64,000 nt of DNA from the human T2T-CHM13v2.0 reference genome, Homo sapiens: NCBI RefSeq assembly GCF_009914755.1, contig NC_060931.1. One strand, given 5' to 3'. Shown here one piece after another: positions 10,617-22,504 of the stretch; positions within the stretch are counted from its first letter, which is position 1, and every line of letters starts with the position of its first letter. The notes under the pieces were generated by a model. The model had not been told where the DNA came from. It did no database searches and was given only the letters and a program-made list of their open reading frames with translations. Made by a program: the position numbers and the translations under genes.

Positions 10617-13600
10617 GTAAGGAGAACTGGGTTTATGCTCACAGAGACTTTGGGAATTGAAAGGATCACAGTTTGGTCACAGCTGTTCATTTCTGACATG
10701 ACCTTGCACAGATCCCCTCACTTCTGGGTTCGCTGGTCAGTAAAACGGGGCAATGGTGATGAGTGTTGCGGGCATCAGCAGGTGCACAGCTGGTGGAGCA
10801 CAGCCTGAAGAATCTGTGCCTGCACTCACAGCCCAGTCCCAGGACAGCGGGCTTTGCTGCCCCATTGCCCATTACTTAGCCAAGTCGATCTCCATGAAAC
10901 TCTCAGGGAGTAAGGCTGAACTGATCCTCTCATCAGTGGGACAGATGGGAGAACTGAAGCTCCCAGAGGGTGATAGGCTTTCCCCCATCTCCCCTAGCAT
11001 GCCGGGGCATTCTTCTCAATTTTACCCTCCTAATTTCTCCTGTCCCAGACCAGCCAGACACGTACCATGTCTCAGACAAGCCTGGGAGCTGAGGATGGAT
11101 TCTTAGGGCTCCCCAGGGCAAATGTGGGATATTTTCCCACCCCAGGAGCCTCATGTTCCAAACAAGACCCCTGAGTGGACCTTGTCTTGTGACTTTCAAC
11201 TTCTGAAAACTACCCCATGCTCCCCCAGATGCCCCACATTTTTCCTATGACACCCTGCCGGACGCACACCAAACCGCAAAACACATGATTCCAATACCTG
11301 GAAATACATGGGCTGGGGCAGATGGGTGAAGGAGATACTTATGAACAAGGAAGACAAGAAGTGGTTTGATCTTTTCTAAAATAGTATGGAAGAGGCTGCT
11401 TTCTTGTAATTTGCTAAAATAAGCTCTTCTCATGGTAAAATCAGGTTCATGCAATTTTCAAATCGGAATGTGCATTTTGTTCATTTGCTTCACCCTTTTC
11501 CCTGAGCCAGACCCTCCCACCAGCTTGCCAGAGGCTGCTACTGTCTTGCTTGCACACTGCCTTCCAATCTCTCATGAACTTTGGTCTCTTTTGTGGGACG
11601 ATTAGTAAAATTTTTCCTTTGGAGAAGACGCCTGTCTTCATTCTCAATTCCTCCACTTTTGTCTGCCCTGTAGACCAACACGTATCACATTCCTTCAAGC
11701 CTACGGTGTGTCCACCACGCTCTATTCAGTTCTTTTATAATCTTCTCCATGACTCATTTTAGCATTGCCATCAGTATCCTTTCTGACTCACCTGTGAACA
11801 CTTTGTTATTTGTGAATATCTGCCAAAAAATGTATTCCTCAATGCAGCCTGATCCACTCAGAAAGCTTGGATTGGGAGAGCTATTGTTGCTGGTCATTGG
11901 CTAACATAACATAGTTTGACTGGCTTTTGTGACAGGCAATTGGCTGTTTTAAAAGAAAAGACCTCAATTCAGAGAAACTCCTGCCACCAGCAATTTTATT
12001 TTTGAATAACCTTTTATAAGAAATGCACTCAAGATTTTGCAATAAAATTCTGTGTGTTGGTTTTAGGGTAGGCTTCTAGCTGTCCAATTAATTTGTCTCC
12101 TGACCAGGGAGTGGCAGCATTGTACACATGTTCCAAGAGGTTTGTTGACTTTTTTGGAAAAGTCTCTTTTTCCACCTGTGGAATCAAGGACAATACACAG
12201 CAAAAGGAGCCATTTCCTGATGCTAGCTCCATTGTAAATATGTGACCTTTGGCAGGTCATTTAATGCTCAGTTTCCTTGCATTTTAATAGAAATTTTAAG
12301 ATCAGTTTTGATCACATCACAGGGAATTTGAGAGAGCAATTAAAATAAGAAGGATGAAATAACTTTGAAAATTATAAATGTATTCACAGAGGCTTATTAC
12401 AATTATGATGTTCATAATCAATATCATTACCACTGTCATCTTGACCCTTACCACATCATTATGTTGATTCCAAACCTCAGAAAACGTCATCTAAAGTAGA
12501 GAGGATGTCAGGGAACTGGTGCTATTTTAGCAAAAGCCAGAAGCATAATTTACCAGAGACGAGAACAGGGTGTGGGAGAGAGGAAAATGTTCTTCTCTGG
12601 GCTTAAGAAAAAGAAAGAAAGGAGAGAGGGGAGGGTAAAGAGGAAAGGAGGAAGAAAAGAAAGAAGGGAAAGGGAGGGAGGCAGGAAGCTGTCTTAATAC
12701 ATTCTGATAATATAAAAATAGATTTCTTGACCTAAAGAAGGCCAAGAAAATCCACTGAATGAATAGAAAAATGTGGAAAAGATAGAAATCACAGAAGTTA
12801 TTAAAAATTGAAGTTTATAAATTACCAAAATAGCAAATAAACCATGAAAACTGTTTTTAATTTAATGATAATCAGTAAAATGTAAGTTTAAGCCAATTAA
12901 GACATCCTTATTTATGCCCATAAGGATGACAGGAAATTAAAAGTGTAATATTACTAAGTGCCTGTGAAGATTTGGGGACTTCTTATAAATGGGTGGTGCA
13001 AATAGGAGTTAACTCAACTCCCTGGGAGTCATATTTGGCAATAACCAGTCACGTGGAAAATGTACATCCCCAATACTGTTGCACAATGCTGGAAACCCGG
13101 AGCAGGCAATGAGTTGTTCTTGAATTCGGCCTGAAGTTGATTCTTTCTCTTCAATCACCTCACTACCTCCTCTCCACCAACCGTCAGGGTGGGAAAGCGG
13201 TCATACCGGTCCCCCTATACCATTTCCTCTCACGTCAGTTCTTCGTGTCCCTGATCCCCACTTCCATCCTCCCACTGGACAGTACCTTGTAATTTCCTCT
13301 CCGCCGCTGGAATGTCCATTTGACACAAAGACTTTCTGGGACTGGAAGTTTCCACTACTTCAAATAAACCAATCTTATTTACAGCAAGGCAATTTTTTTT
13401 TCTCTATTCTGGTAAGTTTGTTACTTTAATTTCAATTTTTTTAATGCCTACTCTTTGTTCCATAGAAGAATGCTTTCTCCATTTCATGCCTTTCTGGTTG
13501 GGGGAGATAATCAACTGATTTGCTTCAAAATATTTCCTGATTTTCTGTAAGTTGAGGGGAGGGAAGTAATCGTGCACTATTTTAGCATAACCTAACATCT

Positions 13601-13792
13601 AACATCACCTGCTTTGTTTAAAGTTATTTACAGATGTTTCAAAGTAAAGTATGAGTTAGAAAATTAGGGATGGAAATGGCTCATTTGAGAATGATTATTC
13701 TTAGATGTCTGAATTGAGGTGCCCTCAGGCTCTACCAGCTCCCAAACGTACATCTGCTTTTTATCCTTTTCCTGTTTTTATTCCAGGAGAGA

Positions 13793-13835
13793 ATGGGAGG
13801 ATTCCAGAGGGGCAAATATGGAACTATGGCTGAAG
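13793..13835 (+). CDS. GIMAP5: GIMAP5 first coding exon (exon 2, 13787-13835), MGGFQRGKYGTMAE + 1 nt
   Basis: Pyrimidine tract + TTCCAG acceptor at 13786, AGAATGG Kozak context, GAAG|GTAAG phase-1 donor. Confidence 0.93.
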
Positions 13836-15090
13836 GTAAGAAAGTCTTGAAGTTCTCAAGAGCCCCAGACACTTGGGAGAATCACAATTCTCTCCCCATC
13901 TACCCCCATCTAAAACACAGTGGCAGAAACCCATTCATTTTAAATGAAGAAGATAAAGGCAACTATCATCACGTGTGTGTTATCAAACCATCACACACAC
14001 ACACAGACACACACACACACCATAGTGTGATGCTCTCCCTGCATCAGGTATGTGGGAAATGTGGAAAGGAAACCAAGTCATAGGTTGAAGGGTCTGGAAG
14101 CAAATGGTGAATATGTTTTCTCTTTCTTTGTCTGCTGACAGCTCAAAAAGAAAAGGTCCCCATAGGGATTTAGTCATTGTGCTTGCTACAAAACACCACA
14201 GAATAACTTAAGAAAACGAAGAACCAACCCAGAGTGGGAGAAATAAAATAATAGATTTTTAAGAGCCTAAAATGCACTTCGAATTCATTTGGGCTCTAGA
14301 AATCCACAGGTTCTCCCCTCTTCGTGCCTGAAGATTTTCGCTCCTGCCACAGTGTCACCCTCTCCAACACCACTTCTGCTATAATTTTGTGTGCTTCAAT
14401 CAGCCACATAGATGAGCTTTTCAACACACATGCTTCTATTGAGCTTATCTTCCACCTTTTTGAGCCATCCACCCTAGGGTCATCTCCCAGACGCTGCCCT
14501 AACATTAACTACAACCTATGTCATCTCAATTTCAAACATTTCACTCCCTATCCAGAGGGCACAGACCCAGGGACAGGCAGCTGACCCCCGGCAGTGGGTC
14601 ACTATAGATTTGCCAGTGGAGACCTCCTTGACCCTCAAGACTTGGATGAATGTGTGGAGTGTGTCTATACAAGTGTGCCTGGAAATGTGTGGGTGAAAGA
14701 GAAGTAATTGGATTTTCTCACTTGTAACTACTAATCCCCTGCCTCTTTCTAATAATTCTCCATGGAGCTGGCCTAAACACCACGCAGGGGAAAACACAAG
14801 GACCATTTTCTTTCAGGAAAGCTCTATTTGCCACAATCCAGATGAAGTGCTTAAAGCATCCCCTTAATGCAACAGTTCTAATTCCTGGCTGTGGATCCAA
14901 GCATGGGCTTCCAATGGGGCTTTCTACATGCAAGATTCACCTATAGTTGTATGCACACTTTTATGTACACATAAATATGTCTGTCATTCTGGGGAGGACG
15001 TTCATAGCTTTCATGAGATAACCATGAACAATGACCTAACAGTCTTAAGAATCATTAACTTAGTAAGATACAAAACTTCGTTTTCTACAG

Positions 15091-15971
15091 GTAGATCAGA
15101 AGATAACTTGTCTGCAACACCACCGGCATTGAGGATTATCCTAGTGGGCAAAACAGGCTGCGGGAAAAGTGCCACAGGGAACAGCATCCTTGGCCAGCCC
15201 GTGTTTGAGTCCAAGCTGAGGGCCCAGTCAGTGACCAGGACGTGCCAGGTGAAAACAGGAACATGGAACGGGAGGAAAGTCCTGGTGGTTGACACGCCCT
15301 CCATCTTTGAGTCACAGGCCGATACCCAAGAGCTGTACAAGAACATCGGGGACTGCTACCTGCTCTCTGCCCCGGGGCCCCACGTCCTGCTTCTGGTGAT
15401 CCAGCTGGGGCGTTTCACTGCTCAGGACACAGTGGCCATCAGGAAGGTGAAAGAGGTCTTTGGGACAGGGGCCATGAGACATGTGGTCATCCTCTTCACC
15501 CACAAAGAGGACTTAGGGGGCCAGGCCCTGGATGACTATGTAGCAAACACGGACAACTGCAGCCTGAAAGACCTGGTGCGGGAGTGTGAGAGAAGGTACT
15601 GTGCCTTCAACAACTGGGGCTCTGTGGAGGAGCAGAGGCAGCAGCAGGCAGAGCTCCTGGCTGTGATTGAGAGGCTGGGGAGGGAGCGAGAGGGCTCCTT
15701 CCACAGCAATGACCTCTTCTTGGATGCCCAGCTGCTCCAAAGAACTGGAGCTGGGGCCTGCCAGGAAGACTACAGGCAGTACCAGGCCAAAGTGGAATGG
15801 CAGGTGGAGAAGCACAAGCAAGAGCTGAGGGAGAACGAGAGTAACTGGGCATACAAGGCGCTCCTCAGAGTCAAACACTTGATGCTTTTGCATTATGAGA
15901 TTTTTGTTTTTCTATTGTTGTGCAGCATACTTTTTTTCATTATTTTTCTGTTCATCTTTCATTACATTTAA
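15091..15971 (+). CDS. GIMAP5: GIMAP5 main coding exon: AIG1-type GTPase, coiled coil and C-terminal TM anchor (spliced product 307 aa)
   Basis: TTTTCTACAG acceptor; G1 GKTGCGKS, G2 SVT, G3 DTPS, conserved box LSAPGPHVLLLVIQLGRFT, G4 THKED, hydrophobic tail IFVFLLLCSILFFIIFLFIF; 43+881=924 nt. Confidence 0.96.
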
Positions 15972-16464
15972 ATCTCTGGACCCTGGAGCACTTCTAATGT
16001 ATCACCCCATGGAGTCATTGTTCTAATAATCACCAATTCAGACTCAGATCCTCGTGGTCTATGGAGCATGCTGCTTGCTGTCTGTGCAGCTCCCATTTCC
16101 CCTTCTTCCTGATAGACTTGGAGCTGTGTGCCTCCACTCCAAGGCTGCCTGCCTGCTGTAAACACTATTCCACTCTGTCTGCCAACAACTGCTTCAGGAA
16201 TGGGCCTGAGATCCCATGCAGGTCCCTGAGAAGTGAGTAAAAGTCCGCAGAGGTGGGGATGGAAGATCTCTCCTTAGATAGAACCTGTCTTCCTCCCTGG
16301 CATTGTGGGGTCTGGGCGTGACACTGGGACTCTCAGCAGCTTTGTGCTGCCAACCTGAGATTGAAGGCAGTGCCTCAGAGCAGCACAGAGAGTTGGGGCC
16401 CCCTGAGCCCTGAGCCACCAGCCCTGCAGCCTGCCCTATCTCCGCATTTCCAGTTGTATTAGCC

Positions 16465-16470
16465 AATAGA
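16465..16470 (+). terminator. Proximal variant poly(A) signal AATAGA in the GIMAP5 3' UTR
   Basis: AATAGA, one mismatch from AATAAA, 72 nt upstream of the canonical signal. Confidence 0.55.
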
Positions 16471-16536
16471 TTTCCTACTTATTTAAGCTATTTGAGCTCC
16501 GGGTCTCTTCTACCTGCATTCTAAAACATTCAAAGT

Positions 16537-16542
16537 AATAAA
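16537..16542 (+). terminator. GIMAP5 poly(A) signal AATAAA
   Basis: AATAAA followed by CA at ~16551-16554 and a T-rich downstream element. Confidence 0.8.
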
Positions 16543-18552
16543 AATTTCTCCACATTCCTTTTTATCCTTTAAATCTGTTGGAACTTCCCAGTCCACATGC
16601 TTCCTTTGAGCAAGTGGCATCTAGAATAAAGGAACAGGGTTGGCTTTTCTTGTTCCTAAAATTAGGAAGAACCTCCTGCTCCTACTGAAGTGCCTGCCAC
16701 ATAGTGGACATTCCCTGAACTCTGAGTAAAGCAAAACACTTTCAGATGGATGGATTGCATTGACGAATGGGAGTGGGAGAGGGTCAAGGAAATGGGGTGC
16801 CCTGTACGCAGGGCTTTCTCTGTGCTTTCTTCTCAGTTTGGCCAGGGGCCCAAAAGAAACACAGCTCACATTTCAATGCTCTGCAAGGAATCACTTTGGC
16901 AAATGTTCACACATGAGAAAGGTTAAGCAAACTCTTTCTCCTTCTCCACTGTAAAATGTCCTTGGATCAACTCTCCAGCTCTATTTCTTTGGAAGTCAAT
17001 GTCCACAGGGTGGGGGTGGGGGACAGGTTGTTGACTGGGTACCAGGCAATCCTGCTCACCATGAAAGCGATTCCTTGTTAGTAGAGGGAGTGTGGACTGG
17101 GCGACCCAGGAATGGACCATCCCCACACTGGAAGGAAGCTACTCTGGCAGCGCCGCTCTGTAATGCTTTCTTAAGATCATGGCTATGTCAATCAAGAGTG
17201 CCTCCCTGGAGGGAGGGAGAGCCCAGACAACATCTACTGGACCAGTTTCCAGAGGCTTCAAGGTCACCACACTTATATGCAGTCTTTGTCTCCCTTGGCT
17301 CAGCCCACTCCTCCTCTGCAGGGCTGCTGCAGTGAAGGGAACCACATTTCAAAGAGTCATCCAGGACAGAGGTGAGTTCCCTCCCGATGTTGCCATCAGA
17401 GACCACACCGCAGGACACCTCCTCACCTCTCCCGAATCTGTCCTGTCCATCCCCACTGCTATTGCTGGAGTGCAGGTGCTGATTTCCTCCGAATGTTATC
17501 CCTGTCCCCAGGCTTATACTTATACAACCCAGCTGCCACCTGATTTTCCCAAGACACACCAACCTGCTCAGAAGCCTCCAGGGAGGATTCCAGAAGGCAC
17601 CCTTGAATCCTAAGAATGAGGCCCAGACCCCCCCTCCCCACCCAGCCCCAGTCCCCTGTGCACCCCTCCTCCCATGTGCTGACTCCCATCCCCTTCCTTA
17701 ATCACGTGTCCCTCAGCCTCCAGTGACTTCCCCAAGAGGCAAGGATGTTCCCAGTCAGCTTAGCATCACCCTGTCTAGGAAGCTGCTGCAGAGCCTGCCG
17801 TGGTCTCCTTCTTGCTGACATTGCTTCCAAAAGAAACCTTCTCCTACAGCCCCACTTTTATGTGCTTTCATCCCTCCACCCCACTACCCCTCCTGGGGAG
17901 CAGAAGCCTGTTATTTTTTATCTTACACTCCTGGTGCCAGGCATTGACCCTGACCCTCAGTACTCACATCATAAATGTCTGTGAAGCTGGACTGAATTAA
18001 GTAAGTCAAGCTCAGTTGGAGCAGTTTGGGAACAATGAATTGAGGAGGTGGTCCTCAGTCTGAGAACTCAGGGTTCCCAGGGTTTGGGGAGCTGGCACAC
18101 AACATACTCCCTGCACATGTTTGGAATCAGTTCTGTGCCAGACGATGCAGGAGTCAGTGCCATGGAGCCAGACGTGGAGCTTCATTGCCAGCAGCAGTGC
18201 TGGAGGATGCTGCTAAGGGGCATCACAGCTGAGCACCTCAGACTCACCCCAGAGTAGTCACTTGCCCATCCAGCCATGGCCTGTCCGGGATGGCTGCAGG
18301 TCTCCCTTACCGAACACAAAGAAGAAGGTGTGGTGGAGGGACCCAGGGACTTCCTCTTCATCTGATTACCTGTTTCCACTGAATTCCCGATCTGCCCATA
18401 CTTGAGCCCCATGTCTGCCTTCTTCTCTTTGCTGCTTGAGATGGGGAACACCACCCTTTCCTCAAATTCCCATGGACATCACACGTCACTGTCCTGGATG
18501 GTACTGAGTTTCGGGTTAGAGATATCGCATTGCAGTTCAGCCCAGCCAACAA

Positions 18553-18850
18553 TGGGAAATCAGTGAAACAAATGACAGCCCTCGGCCCAAATCTGGCCCA
18601 CCACCTGTTTTGTACAGCTGTGAGCTAAGAAGGGTGTTTACATTTCCAAATGGTTGAAAAAATCAGAAGAAAAATAACATTTCATCTTCACACATGAAAA
18701 CTGCATGAAATTCAGAATTCAGTGCTCATGAAGTTCTAGGGGACACAGCCTTGCACACCACTTACAATCTTATCCATAGTGGCCTTTGTCTATGCGGCAA
18801 AGGTGAGATAAGTAGCTGGGACATCTACCATATAGTCTGCTGAGCCCAGG
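18553..18850. mobile_element. MER58B-like hAT-Charlie element
   Basis: GGCCCAAATCTGGCCCACCACCTGTTTTGTACAGCTGTGAGCTAAGAA...CATGAAAACTGCATGAAATTCA. Confidence 0.65.
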
Positions 18851-19312
18851 TTTTCTGCTCTCTGGTCTTAAAACTCCTACTCCAGGACATCCCAGGTCCT
18901 GCATTTCCCAGCTGCTCTCCTTGCTTTCCCCAAGGCAGGCCCCAGCCGGCCACGGCAACCCCTTGCTCTCTTTCCTTCAAGTCCAGCCCCTTCTCCTCCA
19001 GCCTTCTCCATACCTACAGGGTCCCCTGCTTGGTTCAGCAGATGGATCTCACCATCCTTGCTCTCTGAGGTGGGGGCAGGGCATCACCTTTTCAGCCTGC
19101 AAATAAATCTGAGCATATCTATGAATAAAGTAAGGAATTCTGCCAGCAGCTTTTCACATAGCACATTTCTCCCCTGGACATCAGGAATGCAGAAAGCAGG
19201 GCCCAGGGTGAGACATTCTCAGAGCATCGTAGCCAAGCACCTTTCTTCCTGCAAGCCCCCAAATATTCCATAGCTGTACCCAGCCAGTTTATGATTTACA
19301 CTCACAACTTAA

Positions 19313-19687
<375 letters not shown>

Positions 19688-19787
19688 TGAAATTCTGTAA
19701 AAAGCAAGCAAAGTGCTGTACACACATAAACAGAGATGGCAACTCTGGGAAAGAAAAAAGGCAGGCTGTAGAAATCACCTAAAATGC

Positions 19788-20671
19788 TCAGTGTCCACAA
19801 GTGATACAAAAGTTCATTAAAATGGTAAGAACAATCAAACCACATGTAATAAAAAGGCAGACATGACAACCTAAGAAAGCATCTAGTGTTTGACGCTGAG
19901 GAGCACCTTGCATGGCCAGTTACTCTCATCCTCCCTCAGCTCTCACCTCTGCTTCTCCACCTACTGTTCCACCTTGGCCAGGTACTGCCTGTAGTCTTCT
20001 TGGCAGGCCCCAGCCCTGCCTCTCTGGAGCAGCTGGGCATCCAGGAAGAGGTTATTGCTGTAGAAGGAGCCCTCTCGCTCCCTCCCCAGCCTCTCGATCG
20101 CAGCCAGGAGCTCTGCCTGCTGCTGCCTCTGCTCCTCCCCGGCAGCCCGGTTGTTGAAGGCACAGTACCTTCTCTCACATTCCTGCACCAGGTCCTTCAG
20201 GCTGAGGTTGTCCATGTTTGCTACATAGTCATCCAGGGCCTGGCTCCCTAAGTCCCCTTTGTGGGTGAAGAGGATGACCACATGTCTCATGACCCTGCCC
20301 CAAAAACCTCCTTCACCTTCCTGATGGCCACTGTGTCCTGAGCAGTGAAACGCCCAGCTGGATCACCAGAAGCAGCACATGGGGCCCGAGGGCAGAGAGC
20401 AGGTAGCAGTCCCCGATGTTCTTGTACAGCTCTTGAGTCTGGACCTTGGACTCAAAGATGGAGAGCGTGTCGACCACCAGGACTTTCCTCCCATTCCATG
20501 TTCCTGTCTCCACCTGGCATGTCCTGGTTACTGACTGGGCCCCCAGCTTGCACTCAAACACAGGCTGGCCAAGGATGCTGTTCCCTGTGGTGCTTTTCCC
20601 ACAGCCTGTTTTGCCCACCAGGAGGATCAGCAGCAGCAGTGATCCTGGAGCCAACCTGCCTTCTCCTCAGC
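19788..20671 (-). pseudogene. GIMAP3P: GIMAP3-like unprocessed pseudogene, inverted paralogue of GIMAP5 exon 3
   Basis: Acceptor CTCTCACAG|G; GKTGCGKSTTGNSILGQPVF...GPHVLLLVIQLG and MRHVVILFTHK...ERRYCAFNN in different frames; 1-nt deletions at ~20353 and ~20292; stops at 20667-20669, 19961-19963, 19943-19945, 19883-19885; frameshifted TM remnant ending TGA at 19788-19790. Confidence 0.9.
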
Positions 20672-21369
20672 CTGTGAGAGCGGGTGAAGAGTGAGGGTAT
20701 AAAAACTGCATTCTGAGGAGGAGGTGCCAAAAGACAGAAGGCAAAGGCATCCAGAGGCACTGGCACCCTGGGTCAGTGAGGACCCCATAGCCCCGCTCCC
20801 ATCACCTGACCCCAAGTACAGAGAATAGAGGGACTCACACAGTGTTTGTGGGATTACCCAGCTGGCCAGAGCTCCAGGGCTCTTTCCCTTTGGGACTGCT
20901 GAGCTCTGCCCCTTTCTGGCCTTCCCTCGATGCACTTCCCACCCTGAGGGCCTGGGCTGGGGCTGGCAGGAGGCCGTTTCCTCGGCCACTGCAAGGTCTG
21001 TCTCATGTTTTCTTCCTCTCCCATCCCTGGCTCATCTCGATTTTTCACGATCACAGAGTTTTATTTGGAAAATCTTGTCCTCACTGAAAAGAAGATGGCA
21101 GCTAACAGCTTAATATGCTGTATTTCTGGGGGGGAAATGTGTTTTCCTTGTCGTAGGTGAATATAGTCTTGTGCCTTTCACTGCCAGGTGGGAAGTTTGC
21201 CCCCGAGTTCTGATTCTACAACCCTTGATCTTTGTAAGAACTTCACCAAGTGCAGTTCCCTTGCCTGTGCAGAAGGTACCTTCTCCACCCATTCGAAGCC
21301 CTTCTATTTTGTCCTAGAGGGGAAACCATACATGGATTGTTCACACTGGAGGCGGATGTGATATCCAAC

Positions 21370-21483
21370 ACAAAGCATCACATTTTACAGATGAGGAAAT
21401 TGGGGCAAGAAAAGAAAACCCTGCTGAGGTCACACATTACTTAAGGGATGAGCTGAGACTAACACCAGGTCTGCTGACTTCAG
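21370..21483 (-). mobile_element. MIR SINE fragment
   Basis: CATTTTACAGATGAGGAAATTGGGG...GAGGTCACAC MIR core. Confidence 0.7.
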
Positions 21484-21518
21484 ATATTCTCAGCAGTAGC
21501 CTGGACTTCCTGCTGAAG

Positions 21519-21687
21519 AACATACAGACAGCCCCAAAATGCACCACATGCTTGCATTTCCCAGCACCTGTATTTAACATACAGACAGCTCCAAAATGCA
21601 CCACATGCCTACGTTTCCCAGCACCTATTTAACATACAGGCAGCTCCAAAATGCACCACATGCCTGCGTTTCCCAGCACCTGTATTT
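21519..21687. repeat. 57/55/57-bp minisatellite, 3 copies
   Basis: AACATACAGACAGCYCCAAAATGCACCACATGCYTRCRTTTCCCAGCACCT(GT)ATTT at 21519, 21576 and 21631. Confidence 0.9.
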
Positions 21688-21918
21688 AGCTAATGGGAGG
21701 CAGTGAATGGAAGGCAGGGAAGGCTGATGGATGCTGTCCACTCAGATCAAGAAAGTCAGCAGTTATTTCCAACTGAACATCTGGCTGTCATGGGTTCTTG
21801 TCCACTTTTAGGGTCTCAGGGCTGGTACCCAAACTAAAGTGTGCCCGGCAAAGCATCCACTTTCAATAAACTCACAAAAGAAATTCTCCCCTACGTTTCC
21901 ATGGTGATGGTGGTACAA

Positions 21919-22030
21919 AGGGTGACCAACCATCCTGGTTGGCCCAGGTCTGAGAGGATTCCCTGATTGAAGGACTTTCAGTGCTGAACTGGGAAAGTCC
22001 CAGACACACCAGGATGGGTTGTTTACCCCA
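21919..22030. mobile_element. MER81-like hAT-Blackjack MITE
   Basis: AGGGTGACCAACCATCCTGGTT...GGACTTTCAGTGCT...GGGAAAGTCCCAG. Confidence 0.7.
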
Positions 22031-22504
22031 AGAGTAGGAGATTGTCATGGGTCCAGGTTAGGGGTGGGGAGTAGGGGCGTGTACATCCAGTAATTGGAGA
22101 GAAGAACTGATTTGTCGGGCTCAGATCAATGCCTTATGCTGCAGAGGAGGATGGGTGCTTCCCTATTCCTACCTCAAACAGACTCGGACCTCGCTACCCC
22201 AGGGGCACTTCTCATCAAGCCCCCTCACCTCCTTGCATTGTTCCCTCCATACCTTTCCTTCTACCTCCTACGTCCAGTGCTCGGGTAGAAAATCCACCCA
22301 GGCCCCACAGAAGAATAACTTCTCAGGCTTCGCTACTATGAAAAACCCATACAACCCATTCCAGAGCAACATGAGGACCTTGCTGTGTGCAAAGTTTCAG
22401 TGAGTTGCCTTGTAACAGGCTCAAGGCATTAATGCTAAAAAGTGAGTCTCTAATTGCAGAATTGCAGAGCCTATGCCAGGTCAATTGAAAAAATACTTTT
22501 TGGA

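Noticed and set aside
13189-14058. GTGGGAA RBPJ-like motifs in GIMAP5 introns (13189 and ~14052)
   Set aside because: Single 7-mers are expected by chance at this scale; no paired-site architecture.
15513-15893. 126-aa minus-strand ORF, with a similar 121-aa plus-strand ORF at 19886-20251
   Set aside because: These are antisense shadows of the GIMAP5 and pseudogene coding frames; their mutual similarity follows from the inverted repeat.
18182-18552. GC-balanced unique segment with a minus-strand GTAAGG donor near 18310 and short ORFs
   Set aside because: No convincing acceptor or recognisable homology; cannot be supported as an exon.
21519-21687. Repeat arrays here and at 9694-9801 and 52826-53043 considered as CRISPR-like
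   Set aside because: Head-to-tail units with no unique spacers, in mammalian DNA; ordinary minisatellites.
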